A stretch of 64,000 nucleotides of DNA from Amphiscolops sp. MND2022 (Eukaryota). The first letter of the stretch is position 1; each line of letters opens with the position of its first letter. The DNA is taken from the NCBI GenBank assembly GCA_964187785.1, contig OZ076409.1, positions 6,698,001 to 6,762,000 on the forward strand. Reading direction: 5' to 3'. The translations under genes were made by a program, and so were the position numbers. This document shows positions 12,970 through 25,318 of the stretch, piece by piece. The notes beneath the pieces were generated by a model. That model made no database searches. It worked only from the letters and a program-made list of their open reading frames with translations, and had not been told where the DNA came from.

Positions 12970-14509
12970 ATGAAACGCAGTTCAACGGTGTCCTCATCCC
13001 GAAGAAAGAGCCGAAAGGCTCATTTTTCTGCTCCTTCACATGAGAAGTACTATCGCATGAGCAGTGCCCTGTCTAAGGAGCTGCGGAACAAATACAGCGT
13101 CAGGTACTACTATCTTCTGACATCATTTTGAATTCCATATTTACTGAAAATGTTTAATAGATTATTTCAATATTTCCTAAAATCATTATTTTCCGAAATT
13201 GTATCCTGCGTACATATAAGATTGTTCGCTGCAAAAATTATCGTTGAAAATTCTGACTGAGGAAAAAGCTGTGCAAAAGCTCTCGTCATTCTGATTTTAA
13301 AAACTCGAATTGTACAGGAGATTGAACTGTCTTCACCCCCAACTGATAGTTTCTCAAACTAAGTTGGGCTAATTGAGTTCTAGACAGTCGGTGTGAAACA
13401 TCCGCCAAAACCTGAACAGAGCTAACTGTCGCAATTTTATGAAATTGGTTTGATTTAATTTAATTTGGAAAAGCAGAAAAAAATAATTTTGATGATTTTG
13501 AGAATAAATTGAACTGTTTTTGAAGACTCTTATTCGATCATGTTTTCTATTCTAGGTCCCTCCCTATCAGAAAGGAAGATGAGGTTCTGGTTGTGAGGGG
13601 AAACCACAAGGGCCGAACTGGCAAGATCAACAACGTGTACCGACTGAAGTATTGCATCCATATTGACTCCATCAAGCGGGAGAAGACGAATGGACAACAG
13701 GTAACATTCTGTTCTCGCAAAGACTTTAGCAGTAATATTTGAAGGAACCTAATAAGGCAAATTTCTATTATGAATAGCTTGAATAATCATAGAACTTCTG
13801 AACAGTTTTTTCAACTTTTGCTCAATAATTTCGACAGATGTCATGAAATCAACTCCGTAAGTCTCTGGAAGCTACTTGTATATTTTTACTTCCATTTTTT
13901 AGGAATCTTTGAACAGACCCATTTAAAACTGCGAGTCAAAACACATAAGGTTTCAAATATAATCTTGGTGTTTTTCTGGAAATTGTGAATACCCCTTAGT
14001 GCCAAAAAATCCAACAGGGGGTCACATTAGTTTAGATTTCACTTGAAATTCTTTCATAGTGTGTCAAACTTTGGACATTAGAATTCTTCTAGTTTTGCTG
14101 GTTTTTGATATCAGGAATTTGTTGGACTCTTTCCTTTTCCTATGAAACATTCGAAAATCGTAGTCACCTTTTATGGAAAGCAGCAGACAATTTTTGAAAC
14201 ATCGAAAGATCAAAGAACTGTCCATAATCGAATCTTTCTACGCGCCACTTTTTTTCAAGGGTAATTCGGGGCAGTACCTGGAAATGATATTCTTATTCCG
14301 TGTGAATGGTTCAGTGTTTGTTTGGTTAGATCTCAAGTTGAGTCTGCAACGTTGAGTGGGTTTTTCAGGTAGCGGTGCCAATCCACCCCAGCAACGTGCA
14401 GATCATCAAACTGAAACTGGACAACTCTCGCAGGAAGATTCTGGAGCGCAAGAAGAGTGTCAAGGACGATAAGGGCAAGTACACAGCCGCCGATGCCATG
14501 GAGTCCTGA
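12970..14509 (+). CDS. RPL26: 60S ribosomal protein L26 (uL24), 139 aa, 3 coding exons
   Basis: Exons 12970-13103, 13556-13700 and 14369-14509 with GT-AG introns join in frame: [24 protein letters not shown]...[17 protein letters not shown]...[20 protein letters not shown] at 14593-14598. Confidence 0.95.
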
Positions 14510-15822
14510 TCTTGTTGGCCACTCCTGCCAGGAGACTTGTTGTTGTTCAACTTTTGATCGTTGTTTCAGAATTCATTTCGAAAACAGATGGCAATAAAAG
14601 TTGAGAGTCGTATTCTGTTTTCTTAATACTTACCTTGAGTTATCGGCAGAGTTAGCCAGACTGCTATTATGCATAGTCCAGAGATCGCTTGTGGCTCTTT
14701 GTGATGACGAGTTTCTTTTAAGCTTCTTTCTGACTGATACAGCGTGTTTAAAGCATAACTTGCTTGAATGCCGTTGAACCTTTTCAACAATGAATTCTTA
14801 AAAAAATTTCTTCTTGGCTAGACGAAACCTCGAATTCGAAGAGGAAAGTCTACTCTAGAAATTCTAGTTTTTTCACGTGTTGAAGTTGAGTTTTCCGTTT
14901 TCTCAAACTAGTTTTATTTTTGGACCTATTACATAAAGACCGGAGGCACGGAAATATTTAGCCTAGTATTCTCAGATATTTTATTTGCATATACAGTTCG
15001 AGTTTGGGAGAAAATAAATGTTCGAAATGTTTCGGTGTCAGGTAGAACAACACTTTCTGTTTCAGTCCATTTTATACCCGAAGTTGGTCATGGCAAACAA
15101 GCAATTTCGTATCAAGCACCCGAAACTTTTTTGTTGAATGGTTTCAGTTTTTGTTTTGAAAGTTTCCAATTGTTTACGTTCCAGGTTTGGCGTTTAATAT
15201 AGTTATTAGTAGTTCCAGTTTAACGCTACTATATGCTGACTACTTTGTTCATGGTAAACTCGCAGAAAGGTCCTTTCTACTGCTTTTTAATATTTTTGCC
15301 TAAGTTGAAATATCATAGAAATAGGCCATGTCTTTTTCCAGACTATTGTCCCGTTTTTATCGCCAATTCTCGTAGCAGCAACGCAGTGCCTATTTTCATA
15401 ATTCAACTTTTACCTTCCGTGCACAAAACACGTGCTAATCGAGAATTATTGACATTCACATGATTTCATTATCCATTGCCATTTTATAGTAAAAAAACAT
15501 TTCCTTTCTCTAAATAGAATGACCTTTTCGGTCGGGTTTTGGATCTGTTGTTAATTTTGACCCATTTGTTTGAATCTTTCAAATTAATATTTTGAGCCGT
15601 TCATATTTATTTTATTGGTCTGAAATGTTGATTCGCTGGTAGATTTCAATCAACAATTTGAGCCTTATTCATGTATTATCAAATTTCTCAGCTTTAAGTG
15701 TCCCGGTGGTTGATTCAATTATATCACGCGCTGTCTTGTTTTTGTATTGCCCTTTATGTTGAAATTGTTCTTCAAAAGTAATCATTGCTATATCATCTTG
15801 CTCCGTTTCAGTTGAGTTGAAA

Positions 15823-16263
15823 ATGAGTCAAAACGCTGTGCAAGTTTTCGGCCGAAAAAAGACCTCAACCGCTGTGGCACACTGCAAAGAAGGCTCTGGC
15901 ATGATCCGTGTCAATGGTCGCCCGTTGGACCTGGTCGAGCCCAGATGTCTGCAACTGAAGCTTTTGGAACCCATCCGACTTCTCTCCTCAGTCAACTTGT
16001 ACCCCAACAACCCCAAAGTCGACATCAGAGTCCGGGTCAATGGCGGAGGTCACGTGTCAAAGATCTACGCTGTCAGACAAGCTATCAGCAAGGCAATTGT
16101 CGCCTATGTCGGCAAAGTGTCGGACGAGAACCGAAAACAGCTGATCAGAAAGCAGCTGACGATGTACGACAAGACACTTCTCGTTGCCGACCCCAGAAGA
16201 AGCGAGGCCAAGAAGTTTGGAGGTCCTGGCGCCCGAGCCAGATACCAGAAGAGTTACCGATAA
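15823..16263 (+). CDS. RPS16: 40S ribosomal protein S16 (uS9), 146 aa, intronless CDS
   Basis: [17 protein letters not shown]...[14 protein letters not shown]...[26 protein letters not shown]. The ATG at 15823 follows the acceptor ending at 15811. Confidence 0.96.
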   Translation: MSQNAVQVFGRKKTSTAVAHCKEGSGMIRVNGRPLDLVEPRCLQLKLLEPIRLLSSVNLYPNNPKVDIRVRVNGGGHVSKIYAVRQAISKAIVAYVGKVSDENRKQLIRKQLTMYDKTLLVADPRRSEAKKFGGPGARARYQKSYR

Positions 16264-16389
16264 ATTGTTGTGTGATTCTCTGACTCTAATTCAAGTTTTC
16301 TAATCTTGTTTTCTCCCGTTGTTTGTAAAAACGTGAGATAAAGGTGGCAAGAAGGTTTTCCGAACTCCAGTCGGAAAAATTAATACTTG

Positions 16390-16731
16390 TTATTTTCCGA
16401 CCCCACATTTTACAAATGGGGGAGGAAAATCATGATCTGTGATGCGTTTTTTTCCAAATTTGGCCAAATCTCCACAATCTCCACCTTTTGATTACTTGAC
16501 TATTACTTGACTTGATGAACATAATTCAAGTCTTCTCTCTCTCAAAGTAAAAATGGGAATAATATCTAAAATTTCTGGACGGGAATAATATCTAAAGGGG
16601 ATAAGATCTAAAATCACTAAGTTTTAGATCTTATTCTTTAGATCCTATTCCCCCCTCCCAAAAAAGCTATGGCTCAGTTGGCGAAGGCGGACAGGGCGGA
16701 GAATATCCCGGTGCTTAGCGGGCGTCTTGTT
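16390..16731 (+). mobile_element. HINE/Helentron-like non-autonomous repeat, family B; inverted copy at 34733-35255
   Basis: 5' TATTTTCCG and 3' CGGAGAATA subterminal inverted repeats, a CCCG..CGGG hairpin and a CTTGTT end; two copies in the window. Confidence 0.55.
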
Positions 16732-17319
16732 GATAAAAAGAAACGTCAGCTTACGTATGTTACACGTCAGTACGTTCATTTTTTTTATGTGAAAATGAAA
16801 ATTATCTGACTCAATCTTGTTTCATCACTTTGTATTTGCCAAACGCATCCCAATAATTACGCCAATTTTGTCCGCTAAATGTAACGAGAGCAACTTTTGA
16901 CTGACAGTCAATGTAATGGATAGGATTATGTCGTCATCAATTATTTTATTGGACCAAAATTTCAGCGCAAACGATGTCGACATAATGGAATTTGAATCTT
17001 CTGTCTCATGCACCCCCCGCCGCACACAACAGTACTTTCTTCATTTCAATAAAAAGTGAAAAAATCATAAAAAGGGCAGAAAGTGAACGAGTATTGATTG
17101 GTGGAGATCTTTGACTACATACAGAGGATTGAAAGCCAAAATTTATCATATGATATTTTTACACTTGCGATAAGCAAGTGTTATGGGAAAGTGCGGGTGC
17201 TTTTTTTTCCGCGCGACAACTCTCGTTTCAGCCCGCAAGTCGCATAGTTCAGGCGTTCGTGGTCTAGTGGTAAGATGCTTGCCTTTCAACCCAGATACAA
17301 ATATTCCGAAGCGGAAGGT

Positions 17320-18781
17320 TCTAACTTTTTCGGCACTATGAGACTCTCCCTTTTTTTCGGCTTTGTGAGACTTTTTTTTTCGAAAGCTTCTTAATGTCCC
17401 CAAAGGATCCTCCCTTCAATTTTTTTGATAATTTGCAACAGAACGAATGTTAAAAAATCCCAAAGGGTCCCTTCTTTCAGATTTTTCGGCACTATGAGAC
17501 CGTTAAAAATTCTCAATTTTTGTTTTTTTTCGAAAAGTTTCCAAAGTCTCAAGGGTTCCCATTCATTTTTTTTGAAATTTTGCAACAGAATGGATGTTAA
17601 AAAATCTCAAAGCCCCCCTTCAGTTTTGGGAATTGTGAGATTTTTCAAAATGAATAATTTATGTCTGAAAATTAGGTTTTCTCCGGCCCAGCACCCTACA
17701 TCCGAGTTTTTTTCAAGACCGGTGTTTTTTCTACGCGACTTTTTTTTTTAAAAAAATGTTTTCATCGAAGCCCCTCTTTAATTTTTGCAAGAAACGAAAC
17801 GTTTTGCGAGCATAAAGGACTGCTCAAGGTTTTCGGCACTTTGCGATTTACCGGAGACCTTCATTTTAAAAATTTTTCGAAAAATGTCGAAAATTTTATT
17901 TAATTTTCTGTTTTATTTAAATGTTTTCGGTTGAGAAAGGAGGGGTTTTGCTGTTTCCAGTTGGAGAAGAATGGTTTTCGAGATCTATGCGTATCCCTTC
18001 GGGTATTTTTTGGCGCTGTAAAATTGATGAAATTTTAACAATAATTTCCTTTTACGCTTGGTTCTCCGTATGATATTGCTTATTTGGTTTTCTTCAAAAG
18101 TTCGCAACTTTCTTCGCAAGTGTTTGCGAAGCACGGCTTCGCCTCTGTGTTGAATTTCTCCAAAGGGTCTTTTTCAATTTGTTAATTTTTGCAACAATGG
18201 ATGGTAAAAAATCCCAAAGGGTGGTCACCCCTTTTACACTTTTTCGGCACAATGAGACTGTTCAAATTTTTCGTCTGATATTAGGTTTTCTTAGAATATG
18301 TGCACCAATAATTTTTTCAATAAAATCCGAATTTTGGACATTATATTCAAAGGAAATTGCGTTCGTTTCACTAAAGGGTAGGGGAGGTCACGAATATCGC
18401 GCTATATACGAACTATATTGCGTTTCACTAAGGAGGAGGCGAAAGTTCAAAAGCAAGTGCTCCCATTTGCCCCAATACGCTATAACTGAACTTTTGACGT
18501 TATATCCTTTGCATTTTAGGAAGCGGAGGGTCGAAGTTAGTGGGTTATATCCTACGTAAATTGCGTTTTACTAAGGAGAAAGCCGATGTTCGAAAAAACG
18601 CTCCAATGTGGCCGAGCACGCTATCTTCGATCTTTTGAAGCCGTTTCGGAGCACGAAAGGCAGCCTTTGGGTGTTTCCACACTTTTGTGTGTTTTTCATG
18701 AAAATGTCCTGAGCATATTTTTAAAAATTGCTCGTTTTGAGCCTGAGGTATGGCGCCGACTTTAGATTTTCCAGTCTTGTT
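17320..18781 (+). mobile_element. HINE/Helentron-like repeat, family A (long copy)
   Basis: Internal TTTTCGGCACTATGAGAC and AAAGGGTCCC modules; 3' end GGCGCCGACTT...CTTGTT. The left boundary is approximate. Confidence 0.55.
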
Positions 18782-19361
18782 AATATTGAATTTCGTTCTG
18801 AGGATTTATAAGCTTTTTATAGAAATGGTCTGAAATTTACCTAGTTGAAGATATATTACTGGACCCGAAGTGGCCAATTCCCTAGAACCTGGTTGAGACA
18901 ACTTGAACAAGATGGGAACGTCTAAAGTCGGTGCTATATCTAGGGCTCAAAAAGCTCAAAGATTTTAGGATATGCTCAGGTCGTTTTTAAATAAAAACGT
19001 CTGTTTCGAAACACCGTCAGCAAACTTTTTCTGCAAGTTTTTCTGCACTAGTAAACACTAAGCAGGCAAACGTTTTGTTGTTGAATTGTGTGGATGCGGA
19101 TTGTGTGGACAAAAACAATCCAAAAATGTTCAAATTTTACATGAAACCATCAAAATTGAAGAACTTTTGACTTTTCATGAAGCATTTTCCTCAAAATGTT
19201 CAAATATCTCCTCAAATACATGTCCCGTGATACTATTTCTTGGATCCTCAGGAAGAACCCTCATAATTTAGAGTAAAAATTGGCAAAGGCTGGCAAAAAG
19301 TTGCAGATATCGATTTTTCTTTTGTCTATGGGATATGGTCGAAGAACAAGAACATCTCTCC

Positions 19362-20196
19362 CAGGGTTGTTGTGTTTTTTAACGCATGTTTTTTAACACC
19401 TGTTTTTAACATGTTATTTAACGTTTTTAACATTGATTTTTTAACATATTTTTAACGGTGAGGCTTTGCGAGACTTTTTTCAAACATTTTTAAGGTCCCC
19501 AAAGGGTCCTCCCTTCAATTTTTTGATATTTTGCATCAGAATGCTTAAAAAATCTCAAATGACGATGTAAGAAACAGATTTGGGCAAGAAAAAGCTGCAA
19601 AATTGGCTTTTGTTCTTCACGCCTTGCGGGTTACATGACATTTCGTCCTATGCAATTTCAACCTATACACTTTCAACCGTTGACAATTTCAACCCATTGC
19701 ATTTTCAACCTTCCGCAATTTCACCTATACTAATTTTGGCTAATTACTCCCAATTTGGTTAAGTTGTTATTTCAGTACAATAGTCAGTAATAAATCAAAG
19801 AGCTTTAATTATTGGTATTTATTCATGAAGAAGCCAAAATGTATCAAAACTGGCGTAAAAATTAGCACATTTCAATTTGGAAATGTATGAAAATGAAAAC
19901 TACCTAAAATGATCACATAACTAATTATGATCCATTAGCCAAAATTAATTTAGGTCGAAATTGCGGAAGGTTGAAAATGCAACAGGTTGAAAATGTGAGC
20001 GGTTAAAATGGCAACGGTTGAAATTGCATAGGTTGAAATTGAATAGGGCGAAATGTCCTGACACCGCCTTGCGTAGTGATGTTTGATTTTATCAGCGTTG
20101 TTAACCATTTTAATTTTTAACTGTTTTTTAACGTTATTTAACGTTTTTAACACTTTTTAACGTCAAAGTTTTTAACGTGTAAAAAACACAACCCTG
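19362..20196. mobile_element. hAT-type MITE containing a nested TIR element (19629-20065)
   Basis: Termini CAGGGTTG...CAACCCTG with 8-bp TSD atctctcc. The nested GG...CC element has long TIRs and TSD gccttgcg. Confidence 0.8.
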
Positions 20197-20248
20197 ATCT
20201 CTCCTGTGAAATGAATTCGCATTTTAAATCTTTGGATCCATTTTTCAG

Positions 20249-22132
20249 ATGATTGCTGCGCGATCTGCCAACCAGGGCCTTTTGAATGGCGTGGATGACA
20301 GTGAGATTGCAGAAGGTACCCGTGGGTTTGTGCTTTCCACCACTTTTGTCCTCAAAGGATGCGAAGCCTTGCTGGCGTTCATGAAATCAGCCAAGTACCA
20401 ATCGCAGCTCCACAGATCAGGAAAACGTGATCTGTTTGCAACCAGTTCTAAACCCATCCATGTCAATTTCAATTTGTGGGTCATACCAAAACGAGCTTAT
20501 TACGGTGTGAAAATTTCAAATCTGCCTTATGACATTCATGACGGTGTTTCCAAGAGAATTTGCCTGATTGTACCCAACAGAGAGGGAAAAACGTCAGAGG
20601 AAAGCGTCCAGTTTTTCAAAACTTATGCAAGATCTTTGAATAAGATTCATGATTTTGATGTGATCACATGGAAAGATCTGCAACCTCGGCTGGTATCCTT
20701 TGAGGAAAAACGGAGCCTAGTCAAGTCGTACGATATGTTCATTGCAGATACAAGTCTCCGAGACTTCCTAATACCTAAACTCGGGAAAGTCTTCAAGCGT
20801 TGTCAGAAGTTTCCAATCAACATTGCATTGCATAGAGCGACAGAATTGAAACGAGTTCTTTCCGGAACTCACTTTTTTCTGCATAATGAGGGTAATAATT
20901 ACTCGTATCTGATTGGTCATTCCGGGATGAAACCTAAGGAGTTGAGAGACAATATAGTGGAATCTTTGAGCCAGCTGGCCAAAATTGTGCCGAACGGGTG
21001 GCGTAACATTCGCAGTGCCGGTATCACCGGGCAAGGTACTGCTTTCATTCCAATTTACGACTCTTCGCATGAAGCCCAGTTCAATACTCTCTCCCAAATA
21101 TACCAGCAAGTCATTGTCAAATCGGAACCTGTCCAAAACAATCAACCAAATCAGCCCATGGAAGTGGGAAAGAACAACGGAATTGACGATGCTTTACATT
21201 TTAAACAAGGCAAGAAATTTCTATCGACTTTCTCCAAAATCTCGGAATTGAAGGAAAAGGTTTTGAAATTGTCAGTCGCACATAAAAACAAGGCCCAAAT
21301 GGGTGTCAAAACACCAGTGAAAAGTAAATCAGCGAAAAGAGCCGGGAAGCAAAAAGAAAACATAAATAAGCACGTTGAATCTGTTGAGTCAGATTTGAAA
21401 AATCAGGCAAGCGTCGAAGAAAACCTATTACCAAAGGTTTCATCTAACGTTGAAGAAGCTCCAAGAAGCGGAACACCTGATGATAAAAGTTCCTTGGGAA
21501 ACAGTAAAAAACTGAGGAGTACCTCTGATGCAGCTATTTTGAAAACAGAGAAGAGAAAGTTGAAAAGAACCGCTGATAAACTGTCGAATGATGTCGAATT
21601 CACAGGTCGTGAAGTTCATTTACTGGCTGATTCACCTAAGAAGAAAAAGCCTAAAACCCAGGCAAGTTCTCCTCACATAACTGGATACGAAAAACATATG
21701 TTTGAAGATAAAGAAACAAGCGATAATGCTAAACCCAAAGAAAGACAAAATTTTTCTCCCAAGTTGAGCGGGTACGAAAAACATATGTTTGATGACATTG
21801 CCGAAAAGACGAAAAAGAAGAAATCAAAATCGCAATGTGAGTACAAACTCACCGGTTACGATAAGTTTAGTATGAGGGAAGACTCGCAAACAAGGAAAAA
21901 GTCTGGGAAAGTGAGAAAAAGCAGCGAATCGGCAAACACAGATGTAGACATTCCCCAGCATTTTTTCGACTCGGAAAACGAAACAGAAGTTGATGTTCCA
22001 CCGTCAGCCAAGAAGAAAAGGTCTGTTAGCAGTAGGAGCAGTGTTGCTACTAAACGCGTCCAAAGAATGTCATCCGTAGCTGAAAACACGCCTCTGAGAA
22101 GATCGAAAAGACTCCACTCTTCTAAACAATGA
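20249..22132 (+). CDS. RSL1D1: Ribosomal L1 domain-containing protein 1 (Cic1/Utp30 family), 627 aa
   Basis: L1-like domain (RICLIVP, YDMFIAD...LGKVF...KFP, IGHSGM...DNI...GWRNIRS...IPIY) followed by a long Lys-rich tail. Single ORF starting directly after a tttttcag acceptor. Confidence 0.85.
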   Translation: MIAARSANQGLLNGVDDSEIAEGTRGFVLSTTFVLKGCEALLAFMKSAKYQSQLHRSGKRDLFATSSKPIHVNFNLWVIPKRAYYGVKISNLPYDIHDGVSKRICLIVPNREGKTSEESVQFFKTYARSLNKIHDFDVITWKDLQPRLVSFEEKRSLVKSYDMFIADTSLRDFLIPKLGKVFKRCQKFPINIALHRATELKRVLSGTHFFLHNEGNNYSYLIGHSGMKPKELRDNIVESLSQLAKIVPNGWRNIRSAGITGQGTAFIPIYDSSHEAQFNTLSQIYQQVIVKSEPVQNNQPNQPMEVGKNNGIDDALHFKQGKKFLSTFSKISELKEKVLKLSVAHKNKAQMGVKTPVKSKSAKRAGKQKENINKHVESVESDLKNQASVEENLLPKVSSNVEEAPRSGTPDDKSSLGNSKKLRSTSDAAILKTEKRKLKRTADKLSNDVEFTGREVHLLADSPKKKKPKTQASSPHITGYEKHMFEDKETSDNAKPKERQNFSPKLSGYEKHMFDDIAEKTKKKKSKSQCEYKLTGYDKFSMREDSQTRKKSGKVRKSSESANTDVDIPQHFFDSENETEVDVPPSAKKKRSVSSRSSVATKRVQRMSSVAENTPLRRSKRLHSSKQ

Positions 22133-22153
22133 GTGCTCTTTCTTTGTTGAGAG

Positions 22154-22508
22154 CAGAGTTTTGACACCGCTAATCAGCGAATTAGCGGCCGCGCATGAAG
22201 TTTTTGGCGATTTTATTAGCGATTCAAATTAAAGCGGCAGCTTATAGATTGTCCAAATTCAAAATTTCCTCGGAAAATACACGTAGTTTCTTGAATTTCG
22301 AAGAGTTCTTCCTCTTAACCCTTGTATGAAAAAGACCCACAAAGTATGGAAAATTCTTTTTTCTCGCAAAAATTGAATAAGTTATTTGATTTTAAATATA
22401 CTTGAAGTCAAACTTTTAGTAAATTTGAAGAAAGTTTTTCAGCGAAATAGCGATGTTGAAATTAGCGGTTTAGCGATTAGCGAAAAAAATAGCGGTGTCA
22501 AAACGCTG
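22154..22508. mobile_element. hAT-type MITE; related copy at ~25502-25793 in Pinin intron 1
   Basis: TIR CAGAGTTTTGACACCGCT / AGCGGTGTCAAAACGCTG with 8-bp TSD gttgagag. Confidence 0.85.
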
Positions 22509-23074
22509 GTTGAGAGTATCTTTTAGGATTTTGTTTTGAAGCAAAGGTGAATTAAATTTACTTTTCCTTTCCATGTTTTAGTGCAATTTGACCGCTGCTT
22601 ACAAGTTTTTTTTTCAAGTGAATTTCCAGGTTCTGCTTGGGCGGGTCTCTATTCGATTAGATACGGTAATCAGAGATTTGTTTTCATCAAAAAGATCTCA
22701 AACAAAATGCGTATTTTGCGTCTAAATTTTTTTGACATCTTTGAATGTGCTGTTCGTATCTGTTTGTACTAACTGTTGGAAATAATTTCTATGGGTTGTA
22801 AATCAGTTGCTGTATCGTGGTTTTTAGAAGCGATAGAACTCGAAAATCGTGATTGCAGCTAAGTGATATGCAAATAAGTGAACAAAAAATACTACAATGC
22901 TTTGAAAAGGAAATGTATCATTGGAAGTATTCCAATAATGTTTCAAACCAAAGTGCTCAAAAACAGCTGAAAGTTCTCCAGTTAACTTTTATAAACAAAA
23001 TTGTTCAATCACAGCTGAAAAGCAGTTTTTTGTAGACGCATCTGTTCATTGTTTGAAGATCCTGTGTATAATCG

Positions 23075-23852
23075 ATTACCAGAAATTTCGTCTTCAGAAA
23101 TTTCGTCGCAAGAAATTTCGTCGTCGGAAATTATGTTCTATAAAACGTCGCATTTTATCTAAGCTATTAGGAATTGTCTAATATTGATGTCTTAAAATTT
23201 ATCGCGTCTTGATAATTATCGGTAATTGTACAATTATTGCTATTATTGACTACTTTTAGTGGTGATTTTACCAGAAAAAGTTTGACAAAAAAGCAAAAAT
23301 TCACCTCCGGAACAAGCCTAAATTGTATAGTAAAGCTCCGAATTTTCCCTACACTAAAGCACATTTTGTTTTTGAATAAAAATATTTCTCTAATAGAATA
23401 TTATATCAATTGGACCGAAATATTATTTTATTGGACCAACATTTCAACGCAAACAATGTCGACATAATGTTATTTGAACCTTCTGTCTTATTTCCCCCCG
23501 CCACCGTTTGGGGGGGAATTGATGACATGGTCCAAGCAAACTTTTGGCTAGTATGGTGTGAATACACCGGTAAAATACGTAGTTCATGACTGAAAATATA
23601 CCATTGCTCAATAAGCGTCTTGATGAATTGATTGAATGCAAAACTTTTTGACTCAGTTTTGGTGTCAAAATGAAAGTTGTTCTTAAGATATCATTTTAAT
23701 AATTAAGTAATTGTATAATTCAAATGATATCTTTTGGTGAACTCTGTTATTCTAATCAATACGACGAAATTTCTGACGACGAAATTTCTGGATTTGCTAA
23801 TACGACGAAATTTCTTACGACGAAATTTCTCACGACGAAATTTCCGCCTCCC
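23075..23852. mobile_element. MULE/foldback-type MITE
   Basis: Inverted arrays of AGAAATTTCGTCG at both ends; 9-bp flanking duplication gtataatcg. Confidence 0.7.
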
Positions 23853-25318
23853 GTATAATCGACGGTGCTTGCTAGCTAAAAAACGGAGTTGGGTTTTAGG
23901 TAACGACTTTTTGATAGCGTAAGCTAGAATGTTATCATAGCTCTGACAGCTTAAGGAGACATTTTTGTTGTCTCTGGTAGCCATTTTTGCTGCGAACTTT
24001 CGTTGACTAGACAATCTGTTTTTAAATAAAGTTTTAGTCCGTTATTCTCGAAGGAGTGTTTTCCTAATCCCACAATGAATTTTGATATATCTCGTCCCAA
24101 TCTCCAAATCGTCTTCAAGAGAATGAGAAGCACATAAAATGGTCGTTCTATTGATTACCGACCAATCGGTAAATCAGTGTTCTTAATATATGGAAGTAGA
24201 AAACGCATGAGTATACCCTTCATTTATTATTTTTTCTGCGATAGCAGGAATATTATTGAAATCTAAGGGTGTCTACTTTTTTTCAGTAAGATTCTCGCGC
24301 GATACTGAATAATTCAGATATTTGGTTCGGCAGTGACTGTAAGCGTGAGAATTAAATTTATCAAGCTGCCGACGACAATTCAATGCTCCTGCGATGGAAC
24401 GAGCGAGTGGTAATTATGCATTCGTACGCTGACGTCATTGAAATGAAGCGAACGAGTGTTAATTATTCGTTCGTTGAGAGCTTCTTCGCCTGCATTCAAA
24501 TGCGAAACTTCGTCTACGCTTAGTAGTTATACATATTTTCTTTAGTCCGAGAAGAATTAAAGGCGGTGTAAACTTGTACAGTGATTAATTGTGCGCTAAA
24601 TAATGATTAAACATGACTGAATTGGTATTCCAGATATAATTCTATTAATGAAAGATTAAAGCAGAAATAGTAATGAGCCCCGGAAGGGCCTATTTTTTCA
24701 AAGTTTTGTTTCGATTGAAGCGTACCAACTTTAACCGCTATTACTGATAGGCGTAATTGTATCTGGTATTACTTCTGGCCCTAACATACTTTGGTGTTTC
24801 TGGTAGCCGGGAATATTAATAATTTGAATTAATTCGAATTAATTGAATTAATTAATTAATTGAATAAGGGATTATTAATTGAAGCCGGGAATTAATTGAA
24901 TAATTTCAGACTACTTTACACAGGGGTCTCAGGACTGAGAATGATTGTACATTCTCACATCACAAGTCGAAGTCAGATACGGTTATGGGGGAGGGGGTTT
25001 GGTTTGGTTACGAATTTGAGGGTGTCAACAAAAGTTACGACCACCAATACAAACACTCTTCTTTCCACCCCAAACCCCCACGAATCGAGAAGACATCACT
25101 GTACATTTTTTAACGTGGTTGTTTTCTGTAATTTACCTTTTTTTCGGGCGATAATTATCTAACGAATTCGATCTATTGCGCGCTGAATTTTTCGAAATTA
25201 GGTTGTTAGTTGATGAAATATTTGCCCTCATCTCTGATTTTTTCGACTAGATAGATGGATCCTTTGAGTTTTGTCAGCTTGAGTGAAATGTTTGTGACGT
25301 GTTTTCAGATATGAAATA

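Noticed and set aside
14699..14741. C box (GTGATGA) and D box (CTGA) pair downstream of RPL26
   Set aside because: Only ~37 nt between the outer box ends, too short for a C/D snoRNA, and no recognisable rRNA guide.
17146..18559. Phe/Lys-rich ORFs in this and similar regions (33502-35748)
   Set aside because: They are translations of A/T-run-rich HINE-like repeats, with no homology signal.
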